Below the pieces are notes generated by a model. The model was not told where the DNA came from and searched no databases. It was given only the letters and a program-made list of their open reading frames with translations. DNA of 63,335 nt, filler included, from Lenisia limosa (lineage: Eukaryota; Protista; Breviatea): assembly GCA_001655205.1 (NCBI GenBank). It is 9 parts of 9 records of this genome, joined end to end, with 100 filler letters (N's around TTAATTAATTAA, not from the genome) between each part and the next. Parts side by side here need not be neighbours in the genome. Positions count along the whole stretch, not along the records: positions 23,961 to 37,660 come from LPNZ01008420.1; positions 37,761 to 44,281 come from LPNZ01008309.1; positions 44,382 to 47,858 come from LPNZ01010990.1; 6 more parts are not named here. The stretch is one strand, 5' to 3'. Below, one piece after another: positions 36,982 to 47,958 of the stretch (position 1 is the first letter of the stretch; each line of letters begins with the position of its first letter). The position numbers and the translations under genes were made by a program.

Positions 36982-37613
36982 ATGCCATCTTCGTGTATCG
37001 CGTTATATGAGTATGCGGCAACATCAGGTGAAGAGCTGAGCTTTGCCGAAGGAGAAGTGATCAGTATCATTGAACAGGTTGGTCATCTCAGGTGTTCAGT
37101 TGGCTGGAGTAGTTTAAAATTATTTAAAATTATTCAAAACTGATTGAAATACCAACAGTTGAATCACAGTGAATATCCAACCTTAACGAAAGCCTTGTTT
37201 CTCTTGCCCTTAGCCTTTCCTTCACCTTTTTTCAGCCAGATGGAGACGAATGGTGGAAGGGTTCGTGTAACGGGAATGAGGGATGGTTCCCTTCCAATTA
37301 CGTTGAGATCCAAGGTGAGATAGCTGAAGGCTGAATTTACTCTTATTCTCAGAACTGGGGTGTAACTTACACATCAAAATAACATCAATTTTCAAAAATA
37401 AACTAATACTCAGAAGATATTAAAATGTATTTTCATGTGTTATCGCTTATCCATATTGTTGAATAAAAAGTTGTGGGTGAACTGCTTCCAGACTTCTAGG
37501 AAACTCACAGTTCCCTCTTTCAGAAGCAGCAGTAGAAGAGGAAGAGGTGCCTGAAGTCCCGCGGCGGAGAGCTGGTCATGTCAAAATCGAAGAGCCTGCC
37601 AAAAAGAAGAAAG
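36982..37613 (+). CDS. N-terminal SH3-domain protein, 3'-truncated at the spacer
   Basis: MPSSCIALYEYAATSGEELSFAEGEVISIIEQ|PDGDEWWKGSCNGNEGWFPSNYVEIQ has the ALYDY, ELSF, WW and GWFPSNYV motifs. Divergent from eIF1, 200 bp apart. Confidence 0.88.
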
Positions 37614-37660
37614 TGGGGACGCACACTTCAAACCTATCATATATCGATATGGTCATTACC

Positions 37661-37760
37661 NNNNNNNNNNNNNNNNNNNNNNNNNNNNNNNNNNNNNNNN
37701 NNNNTTAATTAATTAANNNNNNNNNNNNNNNNNNNNNNNNNNNNNNNNNNNNNNNNNNNN
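37661..37760. other. Artificial contig spacer N44-TTAATTAATTAA-N44
   Basis: Same 100-bp structure. Confidence 0.97.
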
Positions 37761-37915
37761 AGGGGGTACCCTTAAGGAAAATGTGAAAAAAGTATGTAAT
37801 TTTTTCAACTTTTGAATAAATACAGGTCTAAAATGAGTTAAAACAGGTGAATATCGATGTTTTTTGGCTTTGGTGTGTCTATGGTTTGTCTATGGAAAAT
37901 AATAATATTGGAATT

Positions 37916-38059
37916 TAATAATATAATGTGAAGACCATACATACACCGAAGCCAAAATATCAATAAATAGTGGATAAATGGGAGCGTAAGCGACCATTTA
38001 TTCAGTATGTATTGATATGTTGGCTTCGGTGTATGTATGGTCTTCACATTATATTATTA
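37916..38059. repeat. 144-bp foldback element: 50-bp arms (1 mismatch) around a 44-nt spacer with its own small hairpin
   Basis: taataatataatgtgaagaccatacatacaccgaagccaaaatatcaata (37916-37965) pairs with tattgatatgttggcttcggtgtatgtatggtcttcacattatattatta (38010-38059). The inner hairpin is ataaatgg...ccatttat. A degenerate third arm lies at ~37850-37895. Confidence 0.92.
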
Positions 38060-38110
38060 GTGTCACCTCCTCCCTGTTTGCTTCATGTGATATGACGTGG
38101 CTCACCACCA

Positions 38111-41100
38111 GATAACCTCAAGTCGAGAGTGGCTCTGACTGAAAATGGTGTGGTAACGTTCTCTGATCTTACTGTCATCGGATACCAGAACACGTCCTAC
38201 ACTGTGGGCTAACGGATTTCAAGGGCTAACTGGGTCAGATTTCATTCTCCTCGAGTGCAGTTGAAACGCCGATAGTAATGCCAGCCATCACTGTTGATGA
38301 ATGTTCCGTATCAATGGCGCATTCAGAAGCAAATTCTGAAGGTCTTTGTGTCTGTAAACCAGGGTAATTTGGGGTTATTACCTGAATTATTTCAGCGATA
38401 CTTCAATAGATATGTCAATCTATAATTGCTTCAGATATGCCTATAGTTTCGAGCAAGGAGTGTGTTTTGCATGCCCTCTCGGCCAGTATAAGGAAACTGC
38501 AGGCAACGTGGCGTGTGAGTCGTGTCTAGGATCTCATGTGAGCCTTGTTTTGTTCTGTAGTAACACGTGGCCTGATTCTCACACTGTCAGATCTCAACTC
38601 ACCATGGTGGAAGTGTCAGCATCAGCAACTGCACCTGTGCGCTGAATTTCATCATGAATCCCCAAGATGGCACCTGCGTTTGTAATAAAGGTTTGGGAGT
38701 CCTGGTGTGAGTTGTCTTAGGTTACGTTCGTAGGTAACTACTTCGACCTTCAGACAGGTACAGGCGGATCATGTATGCCATGTCCATATGGTAGGGTTAA
38801 GAGTTCCATTGTAGCTGACATCAAGGAATGTACATTCCAACCTTGAACATGGACGCAGTGTGTAAAGAGTGCATGCTTCATTCAACAACACTGCAGTAGG
38901 TTTACCACCCACCCGTTTATTCTGTAGTTTTGGAAGCACCACGATAGACTCCTGTGTATGTGAATCGGGCTATTACCTGCCAAGTAAAGACAGTGTCGAA
39001 TGTGAATCATGTCCCGAGGTTTGTCTCAATATCGTTTCTGACTAGTAGGGAGGCAAATGCGAATCCGGGAACAACAGTCCTGAAGCAGACGAGGGTTTTT
39101 TTGCTGTGGATGACGCGTCACAGAGTTTCACTAGGTGCCCTCTTGACGGAGCCTGTCTCCAAGGTGTGTGTGGGGGGTGAATCATTGTAACTACTAATGG
39201 TATAAAATTGTAACTATGATTATTTAATCGTATGTTGCAATTGTAATACACTACATGATATACTATCTGTGAAATATTAATTGTAAAGGATTTGATTATT
39301 ACTGTAATTGTCATTAACACTCTAGGTGGGGGATGCGCAAAGGGCTACAAAGGCTTCGCCTGTGGAAAATGTGCTGACGGGTAGGGAGGGAAGACCAGAA
39401 CAGAAGATTCGTCTTGTTGGGTCCAGGTTATTATAACAGTCTAATAATCATTACAAAGTTCTCATTTGTAATGTTTTAGGTATTACAGAAGTGGGACAAC
39501 TTGCTACGAATGCAAATCAGGGAGCGTTTTGTTCCTTCCTTTAGTGGTCTGCTGCCAAAAATCCTCTTCTCTCTTGAATAAATTTATTTTGCACCTTTCC
39601 CTCTTATCACAACCCAGTTGGTCCTGATGCTTTTGGTAGTTGCGATTATCTTTGTTTCCGGCATCAACACAAGTTCATCATCAAGATGGGGTGCCTTGAG
39701 AATTGCCCTCTCTTTCGTCCAGGTAGCCGTTAACCAAGATCATGGTCTTCTCACAATTGCTTCCCCCAGGTGACGTCACTCTATGCAGAGTTCCGACTCA
39801 ATTGGCCAACTGAAGTGACTGACTTGTTCAAAATGCTGACTGCCCTGAACTTTAACTTTGAAGTTGGACTATGTTTTGAATTGGCAATCCCTTTGTCCTG
39901 AATACTGGATATTCTCACGATGCAAGGTTGCAGCCCCGGAGTGCACCACTGGAGTGGCAATGTCGTACTTCACAATGACTGCAATTCAGTACTTCATCCC
40001 CCTTCTGGTTTGTTCGAACCAGAGCCATCCATTAACTTGACCATTTAGGCCTTGGTGGCACTTATCATTTGCTTTATTGTAGCCACCATCATTCTGGCTA
40101 CCAAGGTTTGGTCATAACATGCCTTCATAACTCACCGTCTCAGAAACCACCGGAGGGGCACTCCTCATGGGGTCTTCTTCTCACGTGGGAGTTGGTGAAT
40201 TACATCTTGAGGGTCTTTGTTCATTTGGATTTTCCTTGTGCGTAACTATTCAGACGGTCATTCTACCGAACCATCTGGTCCATTGCTGTTATCATTTACC
40301 TCCCAATGACTTTTGTTGTACTCAGGTATGGTGCAATAGTACTCGTAGGTTGGTCCATATCCACTTGTGAAATGATCATATGACTGACTTATGATGAACG
40401 AAGATATACGAGGGTTAATTCTGAGTACGTCAGAGTATCATTGAGATTTGTCGGTTATTGACCAACGAGTGTAATATATAATATATGAGGTATTATATCA
40501 CTATGTGACAATGATAGTTCACACGTGTGAAACTGACCCAAAAAGTGATTTGATAATTGACAACCCAGGTTCTTCGATTGCACAGATTATGGCAATGGAG
40601 TGAAACTCCTTGATGCTGGTATGCGATGATACTTCTTTCTCTTTTGCAATTTCAACCTCTCACAGTTTTGCGTTTCATAGGGCTTCCCTACAGTCCCAAA
40701 AAGACTGGTAAAATATCGAGGATTATCGAGGATTTATCGAGACATTCAGTCTTTTTGGGGACCGTAGGGAAGCGTTAATCATCCTGTAATATATATATCA
40801 TATAGTATGGTATATGGTATATGATAGAGTGAAACACTTCTTGAATCCCACTTCCCCAGAGCCCTCAGTTGAGTGCTACGGTGCTGAACACATGGATCAC
40901 CTTTACCTGGCCATTATTGGCATCTGTGTCTACGTGGTTGGAATACCCGCTGCTATAACCTACTCGCTCATGGTATGGATATGGGAACTATTTGCCTTAT
41001 TTTTATCTCTTCTCGTAATTGTTTTGACCTCCTAGAAACACCCCGATATGCTCTACTTGGAGGATCATCTTGCTGTGTAGGCTTTTGAACGTTAAAGGCA

Positions 41101-41979
41101 ATTTCAATATACCCGTTTTCGCGCTTCACAGTGTAGTTTCGGGGTACTTTATTCACGGTATAACCCTGATAATTACCTTTGGGAGGTGGTATTAGAAATG
41201 AGAGGGCTTCTTCTAGTTTGTTCGCTTTTGCTATTTGGTGCCAACCCAGGCCTTCAAGTGAGGGGAGGGGGGGCGTTTTGGACATCTTCGTGGGCCAGTG
41301 CAGCAATAACTACATAGGCTTGCCTTGCTATTCTGATCTTGTTTGCTGCATTTGCTGCTCAGAAAAGGTTGGGCAATTCACCTTCCGTGGTGTACTAACA
41401 TAATAGAAACGCCTTCCTTGCTGAACATTTGAATACCCTGGAAAACGTCTGTCTGAGTATCAACATTGTGACTCTTGTTACAGGAATTGTAGGTTACATT
41501 ATTACTGTGACATTATTTTAGATTTTCTTCACAACCGAAGTGAAAACGACTCGAACATTGTTCACAGTTATTGTCATTGTTCTGGTTGTGGTTAATATTG
41601 CGGCTCTTGGGGCTGTTATTCTTTGGGAGGCAAGGAAGAAGAATGACATTCTCAAGTCGGAAGTGAGTTGAACCCTATCCTCGTTATGTTTGCCGCTGTT
41701 TTGATTGACTAGGAAATGAAAACTGAGATGACTGTCGCTGACAGTTCGTTTGAAATGACAATTGCAGATGTTGGCTGGGAATTTCAATTTATGATCTGTG
41801 TTTCTTTCAGCCCCCCTTAACCCATTAGTCTGATATGGCATCGTCAACATGGTCGGAAACTGGGAAGAGCAGCCAAGGTAGTTAAGATATACATTTGAAT
41901 GCTTGGCACTATATCGTCAAAAGTGACTCCTCCTTATCTCACTTTAGCAATTGAGGCTTGTGAGCTTGACACAGTTTAA
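38111..41979 (+). CDS. Cys-rich (EGF/TNFR/ephrin-receptor-like repeats) surface protein with a multi-pass C-terminal membrane region, 5'-partial
   Basis: Repeats CVCKPG, CFACPLGQYKETAGNVACESC, CTCALNFIMNPQDGTCVCNKG, GGCAKGYKGFACGKCADG; then hydrophobic exons WGALRIALSFVQ|VTSLYAEFRLNWP, VECYGAEHMDHLYLAIIGICVYVVGIPA, GILDIFVGQCS, NALEYLENVCLSINIVTLVTGI. The architecture is typical of a large protist family. Confidence 0.8.
40678..40777. mobile_element. MITE-like family B (TA-terminated, TIR TAGGGCTTCCCTACGGTCC), intronic
   Basis: tagggcttccctacagtcccaaaaagactg...cagtctttttggggaccgtagggaagcgtta, ~30-bp imperfect TIR, core GAGGATTTATCGAGA. Confidence 0.8.
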
Positions 41980-42194
41980 CCTGGGAATAACTATTTCTAA
42001 TGTATTATTATGTTTCCTTTTTTCTAGTTGTTTAGATATCATATAAAAATATATTATAATTTGTATTGTTGCAACATGAGGTTCCCAATTTGACTCAAGA
42101 AAAATAAAATACATCAGATCAGCAAAGGCAGCATACCAGCTCGTATGTGCTCACAATCCTTCAACCAAAAGGATACCTAAAACCAGACCCAGCC

Positions 42195-44065
42195 TTAGAC
42201 GGTGGTCTTTGGTTGTTCCGGTTCCGAATCGACAGGCTCTAATGACACGGAGTTTTGCACGGGTGCCGGAGCAGCCAGTTTGGTTCTCATTACAAAATAT
42301 GGGCCGCAAGCTGCGAACACAACTCCAGCAACAATGTTACCCTGAGTGATCAGAGCGGAAATAGGGGGTAAACGAAGGTAATTTCGATGAAGAATACTGG
42401 CGTAAGGGGGGTAGAAACAAACGACAGCGATCTTATCGATCCCTTAAACCGCTTACCAGAGTAGCAAAAATGAGGTTCTTGAAGATAAAGTCGGAAAGAG
42501 TAATAGATGAGTCGTACATCATGGCAAGGGGGATGAAGAACATGTTGGCGACACAATGCTCGAAACCAAGGGTAACGAAAGCCGCGACAGGAAGGTAGAT
42601 GCCGAGTGCCTGAGATGGTTACGAGGTTAGAGGGTTTAAGCATCAAGGACGCCTCTGAACCCGGCACACTTTATCGAGGAGGGAGCCACCAGCCATGGCG
42701 TTCCACACTGCGAGACACACAAGCCAATTGCAGCCGATGGCCTTGACAAAGACGGCAAGGGCCGAGGCTCCAGTCTGAAACGTAAGAAAGCACCAAATCA
42801 AAGAGAGCATACTTTCTTCTCAGCGATAGCAATGAGGAAAGACTTCCAGGGGTCCTTGTCGAAGATCTCGGACAGGTAGATGATCACGTAAGCAAGGAAC
42901 AGCGATCCTGCCACTGTCAGAGACGGCAGGAGAGAGAGAGAGGAAAGTATCAAGAGGGATTCAAGAATAAATTGATAATCATATAATATAGCAATGAAGG
43001 TTGTATTTGGCCGAAGCGGTCCACACCATCACGCTCAAAGAGATATTGGATTATAGTAAAATATTAATTCACCCAATCATTTGCCTTACAACTCTGTGCT
43101 TTCAACATAAATTGAAATAATCCTTTGCTGATCCCAATAAACAACAACAACGTCCCAGCCAGACCATCATCAGTCAAACACATAGCACTACAGCGTGCGC
43201 CAAAAAATTCAACTCGGGTTGCAATGCCAACATAGTTTGTTACTTGCTTGCGGTTACTCATAGGATCCCTCCATATTCACAGATGTCATGANNNNNNNNN
43301 NNNNNNNNNNNNNNNNNNNNNNNNNNNNNNNNNNNGACACACACCAGTTCTTTGCAAGCCCCTTAGGAGTGGCAGTACCGCCAAGAATGCCAGCAAACAT
43401 GGCCATGACGTTACCAGTAAACAGTTCGGTGCCAGTGGTGTAGACAAGGAAAAGTCCAACCTAGAGGATCATACAAAAAATCAAATGTCAAAACGACAAT
43501 CAGCCCCATTAGTGCAGCGATGCGTTTGAAAACAAAAATTAAAATCATTGAGAGGCGGTAGTGAGGNNNNNNNNNNNNNNNNNNNNNNNNNNNNNNNNNN
43601 NNNNNNNNNNNNNNNNNNNNNNNNNNNNNNNNNNNNNNNNNNNNNGAATGAAGAGCCGAGTCAGAAAAAACATGCGCGAAAAAAAAATGAGTTGAAATGA
43701 GTTTCTTGATAGCAAATCTCGAAATAAAGCATCTAAATCAAGAAACAAGCAACAAACCGGGAAAACAGCGCCTAGCATGAATTTTACAATACCAGGGTCA
43801 GAGTTGGGCATTCCTCCAGCAACAAGGATGGCGAGAGCACCTGGAAAAGTTACAACAGCTCAAAATAGGCACCAAAGTCACCCAACTCACTTCCCATAGC
43901 AATGTAAGCACCAGCATAGAATCCTAAAATCAGGATTTTCCACCATGGCTTCCTTCCCTTAACTCCTCCTAAAAGAAAATGGTGAGAAAACGGCTGAATA
44001 AGTGCATCCGAACCTGCAGCAATGACCGCGTCGAGGGTTTGTTTAGCAGTGAGCATTTGTGTCAT
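42195..44065 (-). CDS. Formate/nitrite transporter (FNT family)
   Basis: MTQMLTAKQTLDAVIAAG...ILGFYAGAYIAMG...GIVKFMLGAVFP...LFTGNVM...FVKAIGCNWLVCLAVW...GFEHVVANMFFIPLAM...TLGNIVAG...* contains the FNT signatures LFTGN, KAIxCNWLVCLAVW, GFEHxVANM and TLGNIxxG. Two N gaps lie inside. Confidence 0.93.
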
Positions 44066-44281
44066 AGTAGAGATAGAAAGATAGATCAACTACTTTAATC
44101 AACTCTGAATAAACCAGTTTGTCACTAATTTCGGATGAAATATAAACAATTTTTATTTTGAATTTAAATAGGTAATCAAATGTAATCAACTTGTGTTGCG
44201 TGCACGTGCGCGTGGGCTATAACTGCTTAACTTGGCTTTTGGCGGCTTAACTGGCACCACAACGCCTGGGTACAACCCAGC

Positions 44282-44381
44282 NNNNNNNNNNNNNNNNNNN
44301 NNNNNNNNNNNNNNNNNNNNNNNNNTTAATTAATTAANNNNNNNNNNNNNNNNNNNNNNNNNNNNNNNNNNNNNNNNNNNN
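44282..44381. other. Artificial contig spacer N44-TTAATTAATTAA-N44
   Basis: Same 100-bp structure. Confidence 0.97.
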
Positions 44382-45439
44382 GTCTCTCAATGCAATAAAG
44401 GGGAGAAAAGCATCAGTCCTTCCAAAGCAACACCGCCAGTAAAAGCAGGATGGACTTTTCACACAAAGGCTCGGATGATATCACTGTAACGTAAGCTGTA
44501 TGGGGATAAGGAAGCTGTTTTATTTTAGTGAATTGGGTCCTAGTCTTCCAGACGAAGGTCTGGATGGAGTACGTCCTGCGTTTTCAGGTTCATCAACTAC
44601 TATTAATTGTGAAGAAAAAAGAAGGATTTTGGTTAATACTTTTAGCTCTGAAAGAAGGAATTAGAAGACAAAACCGGTAATGAAATAACACACTTAGAAC
44701 TGCAGGGAAACTCGAGCTTCACATATCGTCATAGCGTCCTCGAAATAGCAACTCCTAGTGGGATTACAACAAAAAAAAAAAAAAAAAAAAANNNNNNNNN
44801 NNNNNNNNNNNNNNNNNNNNNNNNNNNNNNNNNNNNNNNNNNNNNNNNNNNNNNNNNNNNNNNNNNNNNNNNAACGTTTATGTTGTCCCTCCTCCACTAT
44901 GAGGCTGGGCAAGCCTAATTGAATCGGGGTAATGGGCCACGGCTTATAGCACGATTTCGGTGAATGCATACAACACACAATATTCTCTCTACATCTCATT
45001 ATGCTTACTCTTCCTTTGGAACCATAATAAATAATACCTTAAACGAAAAACAAACAAAAAACAGGGCTATTCGCCATAAGCAAAATACTTTTACAACTCA
45101 AGAGGTCGACTGAGGAGTAAGATTGAAAGCATTACAACGGATAAGAGGTTTAAAATGATACTACCACACCGACACACAAAGGACAAACCCCCCATCAACC
45201 GAGGACATCGTTAGTGAGCTTTTCTCACTTTTCTCGCTTCCCTCACACTAAATCGTAAATAGTTCCATATAAAAGGAATTCGTACTGTCAATCATTTGGA
45301 GAAATTAATTGATAAAATTGGAATGAAAGTGTCTGAAATAGAGTTCTCGTTACAAAAAAATACGTGTAAAATATCGATTTTTCAAAAGGAAGAGGCTTCT
45401 GTTTTTGTTGAATTCTTTTGATTCAGTCCAAGTTTAAAG

Positions 45440-45655
45440 TTGTGTTGAATGTGGAGTTAACGGGATTTCAATTGAAACTCTGGGATTTGTTACACTGTCC
45501 GCAAAGGGGTTCATCACACCGATTCGGGTAATTGTGGCAACGGGGTTGACAGATCATGTCATTCTTGGAAAGGATGTGCTGATTCAGAACAACTGGGTTG
45601 TTGACCTTGCCAACGGCATTGTCACCATCGCAAGCTCGGGGGACTACTTATGGTG
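45440..45655 (+). pseudogene. Retropepsin-like aspartic protease, C-terminal half; no start codon or DSG/DTG motif in frame
   Basis: VECGVNGISIETLGFVTLSAKGFITPIRVIVATGLTDHVILGKDVLIQNNWVVDLANGIVTI matches the GxxIxxxGxVxL...VILGxDxL...xD pattern. An in-frame stop lies immediately upstream. Confidence 0.5.
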
Positions 45656-46441
45656 AATGGGAAGGGACCCAGTTCAGTTTGAATATTGTTGAGAAATGAT
45701 CCCCATGTTTTTAAATTCTATCCCCTCCTATGACAAGTGAAAACCAAAATATGAAAGATGAAAACTGTATCAAAACATCTACGATAGATCCATTATAACC
45801 GCTCTTCTGTACTATTCTCATTTGCTACATATTAGTTTGGCTACGTTATAAACATGCAAACAAACGATCCCATCCCAACAACGGGCAACGGCGGGTGTTA
45901 TAACGGGTAATATTTTTTACTAAAAATGGCTCGGTTTTCGCTCTTTCAATTTACTTCTTAGACCAGTCCTATTCCTCAAACAATTATTATGATACTATGG
46001 AAATATCGGCGCCGGTATCAACGACGCATCTCACTGTAGTTGGCCGACCTTCCTCTCACAGCGCCAAGTTGGGGACTTCCAAGTGAGGTTCCCCAGCTAC
46101 TTTATTCACCAGATTCACCACCCTAATGACAGTTTCAGGAGATGTATTCAAACATCCAGTCTTACATGAAGTCGTTGGGATTAAATACCTGGGGAAGTCA
46201 GAATCTGTAACTTCCAACGCATCGGGGATAGAACAGGAACCCACCTTTCCGAACCTGAGTATTCAGGTGCCTGTAAAAAAGACTTCAACTCCACATGACA
46301 TCTTTTGACAGACTGGACAAGCTTTTGATTAGTCCTTGTCCGCCAAGGTTAGTACCTGTGATGCTGTGGGAATCTTCAACGAACCCTTGTCTACCACACC
46401 GGATGGGCCCAAGGGCCTTCCCCAGCGCGACGACTCAGACT

Positions 46442-47008
46442 TTACTGGCGGTTCAGATCAACGATGGTATTTCGAAGCTCCTCGACCTCCTGTCTCAGCC
46501 CCAGGTTCTCCGATTCCAACTCCAGACGCTGGTCCTTTTTCGCTGAAGACGCCTTCTCCCCAGCGTAGGTATTTCCCATGGTATTTCCCATACCGACTGC
46601 CTTGGAAGCCAGCTTCCTCATCTCCGAAGGAATTGAAAACTCAGTAGTCTCTGAAGCTGCAACCCTTTTAGCCGAAGCCTCAGTGATTGCTGCCTCTTCC
46701 ATCTCGTCATCCAAAGCTTCTGATTCCACAATCGAAACTTCAGAGTCCTCCAAAGCCTGTTGGGCCTCGGAATCCTCAACGTCGCTCAGGGAATTGGCCT
46801 TAGCCTCCTCCAACTCTTTCTCCTCGAACGCCTCAATGACCTCTATCACTTCTTGGCGAACGTTCTCTTCATCCAAAGCATCCATGGCCATCCTGAGCTT
46901 CACATTCTCCTCGGTAAAGTACGCGACCAGCGCAGCCTCTAGGTATGAGGAGTGCTTTGTCTTAGGCAAAACTGTAGTAGAATCTTCCTCTACCATCTTC
47001 TCTGACAA
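46442..47008 (-). CDS. Acidic coiled-coil ORF (188 aa), possibly the first large exon of a gene ending in a CxxC segment
   Basis: Uninterrupted ORF MSEKMVEEDS...LELESENLGLRQEVEELRNTIVDLNRQ. Candidate GT-AG introns downstream could join it to ...ACPVCQKMSC. Confidence 0.55.
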   Translation of the reverse strand: MSEKMVEEDSTTVLPKTKHSSYLEAALVAYFTEENVKLRMAMDALDEENVRQEVIEVIEAFEEKELEEAKANSLSDVEDSEAQQALEDSEVSIVESEALDDEMEEAAITEASAKRVAASETTEFSIPSEMRKLASKAVGMGNTMGNTYAGEKASSAKKDQRLELESENLGLRQEVEELRNTIVDLNRQ

Positions 47009-47858
47009 TTATGAAGATTAATAATACCACCCCAATTTTTTTTGACCCCTCAACCGTTCATAAGAGGCGACAATTGCGGCCAGCGCTAATTTGCCGAGTC
47101 AGTTTACGGGGATTCTTCCTCGGACGTTGGCCTCGGTTGTGGAGTGAAAATGATGATAATGAAAATGGTGGTGATGTGGTAATGACGGTGCAAAAAAGCC
47201 ATGGGAGTGCCGACCGTGGGGCGAAGTATCTTCAGTGGAAATCGTATCAAACGCTGAATCGATATGCTGTACAATTGTCGATTGAAATGTGAATTTCAAA
47301 AAGGTGTAAAGGCCGAAGCCGTCACACTATCACGTTTATATGGGTAGTATCAGGCCGAAGCCGTCAACACCATCACGTTTATAAGGGTAGTATCTTGACT
47401 ATATAATAAGTATATTGTAATATACTGTTTCTATGAAGACCCCCCCCCCCTTGCGTACCATGAACCGAATGGCTTGGTTCTTGATAGCGATTTCGCTCAA
47501 AACAGAAGCTACAAGCGTCAAAATTTACTAGAAGTTTACGATTTAATAAATTAGTAGCTTTGTGTTGGCTTTGTGTTTCGGGAGGGATTTAGCTGCAATT
47601 ATTGCTTCTTTGGCTTTTCCCCCGGTTTTTTCTTATCTTATGACTGACGTTTGATTTTTGAAAAACTTCGATTCATTGTGACGAGAAATTCAGACTTTTT
47701 TAAACACGCACCCCCAGTATTATTTGAGTCCTCCCGTCTTATTTTACGCCCGCCCGGTGGGTCAGGCCTGCGCCTGTTGAGCGCCTGACCCCCGCTGACC
47801 CAGGGGGCCACAGACCCGGGGATTTTACCATTATTTTTTTGGGAGATCTGTCGGAGAT

Positions 47859-47958
47859 NNNNNNNNNNNNNNNNNNNNNNNNNNNNNNNNNNNNNNNNNN
47901 NNTTAATTAATTAANNNNNNNNNNNNNNNNNNNNNNNNNNNNNNNNNNNNNNNNNNNN
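47859..47958. other. Artificial contig spacer N44-TTAATTAATTAA-N44
   Basis: Same 100-bp structure. Confidence 0.97.
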
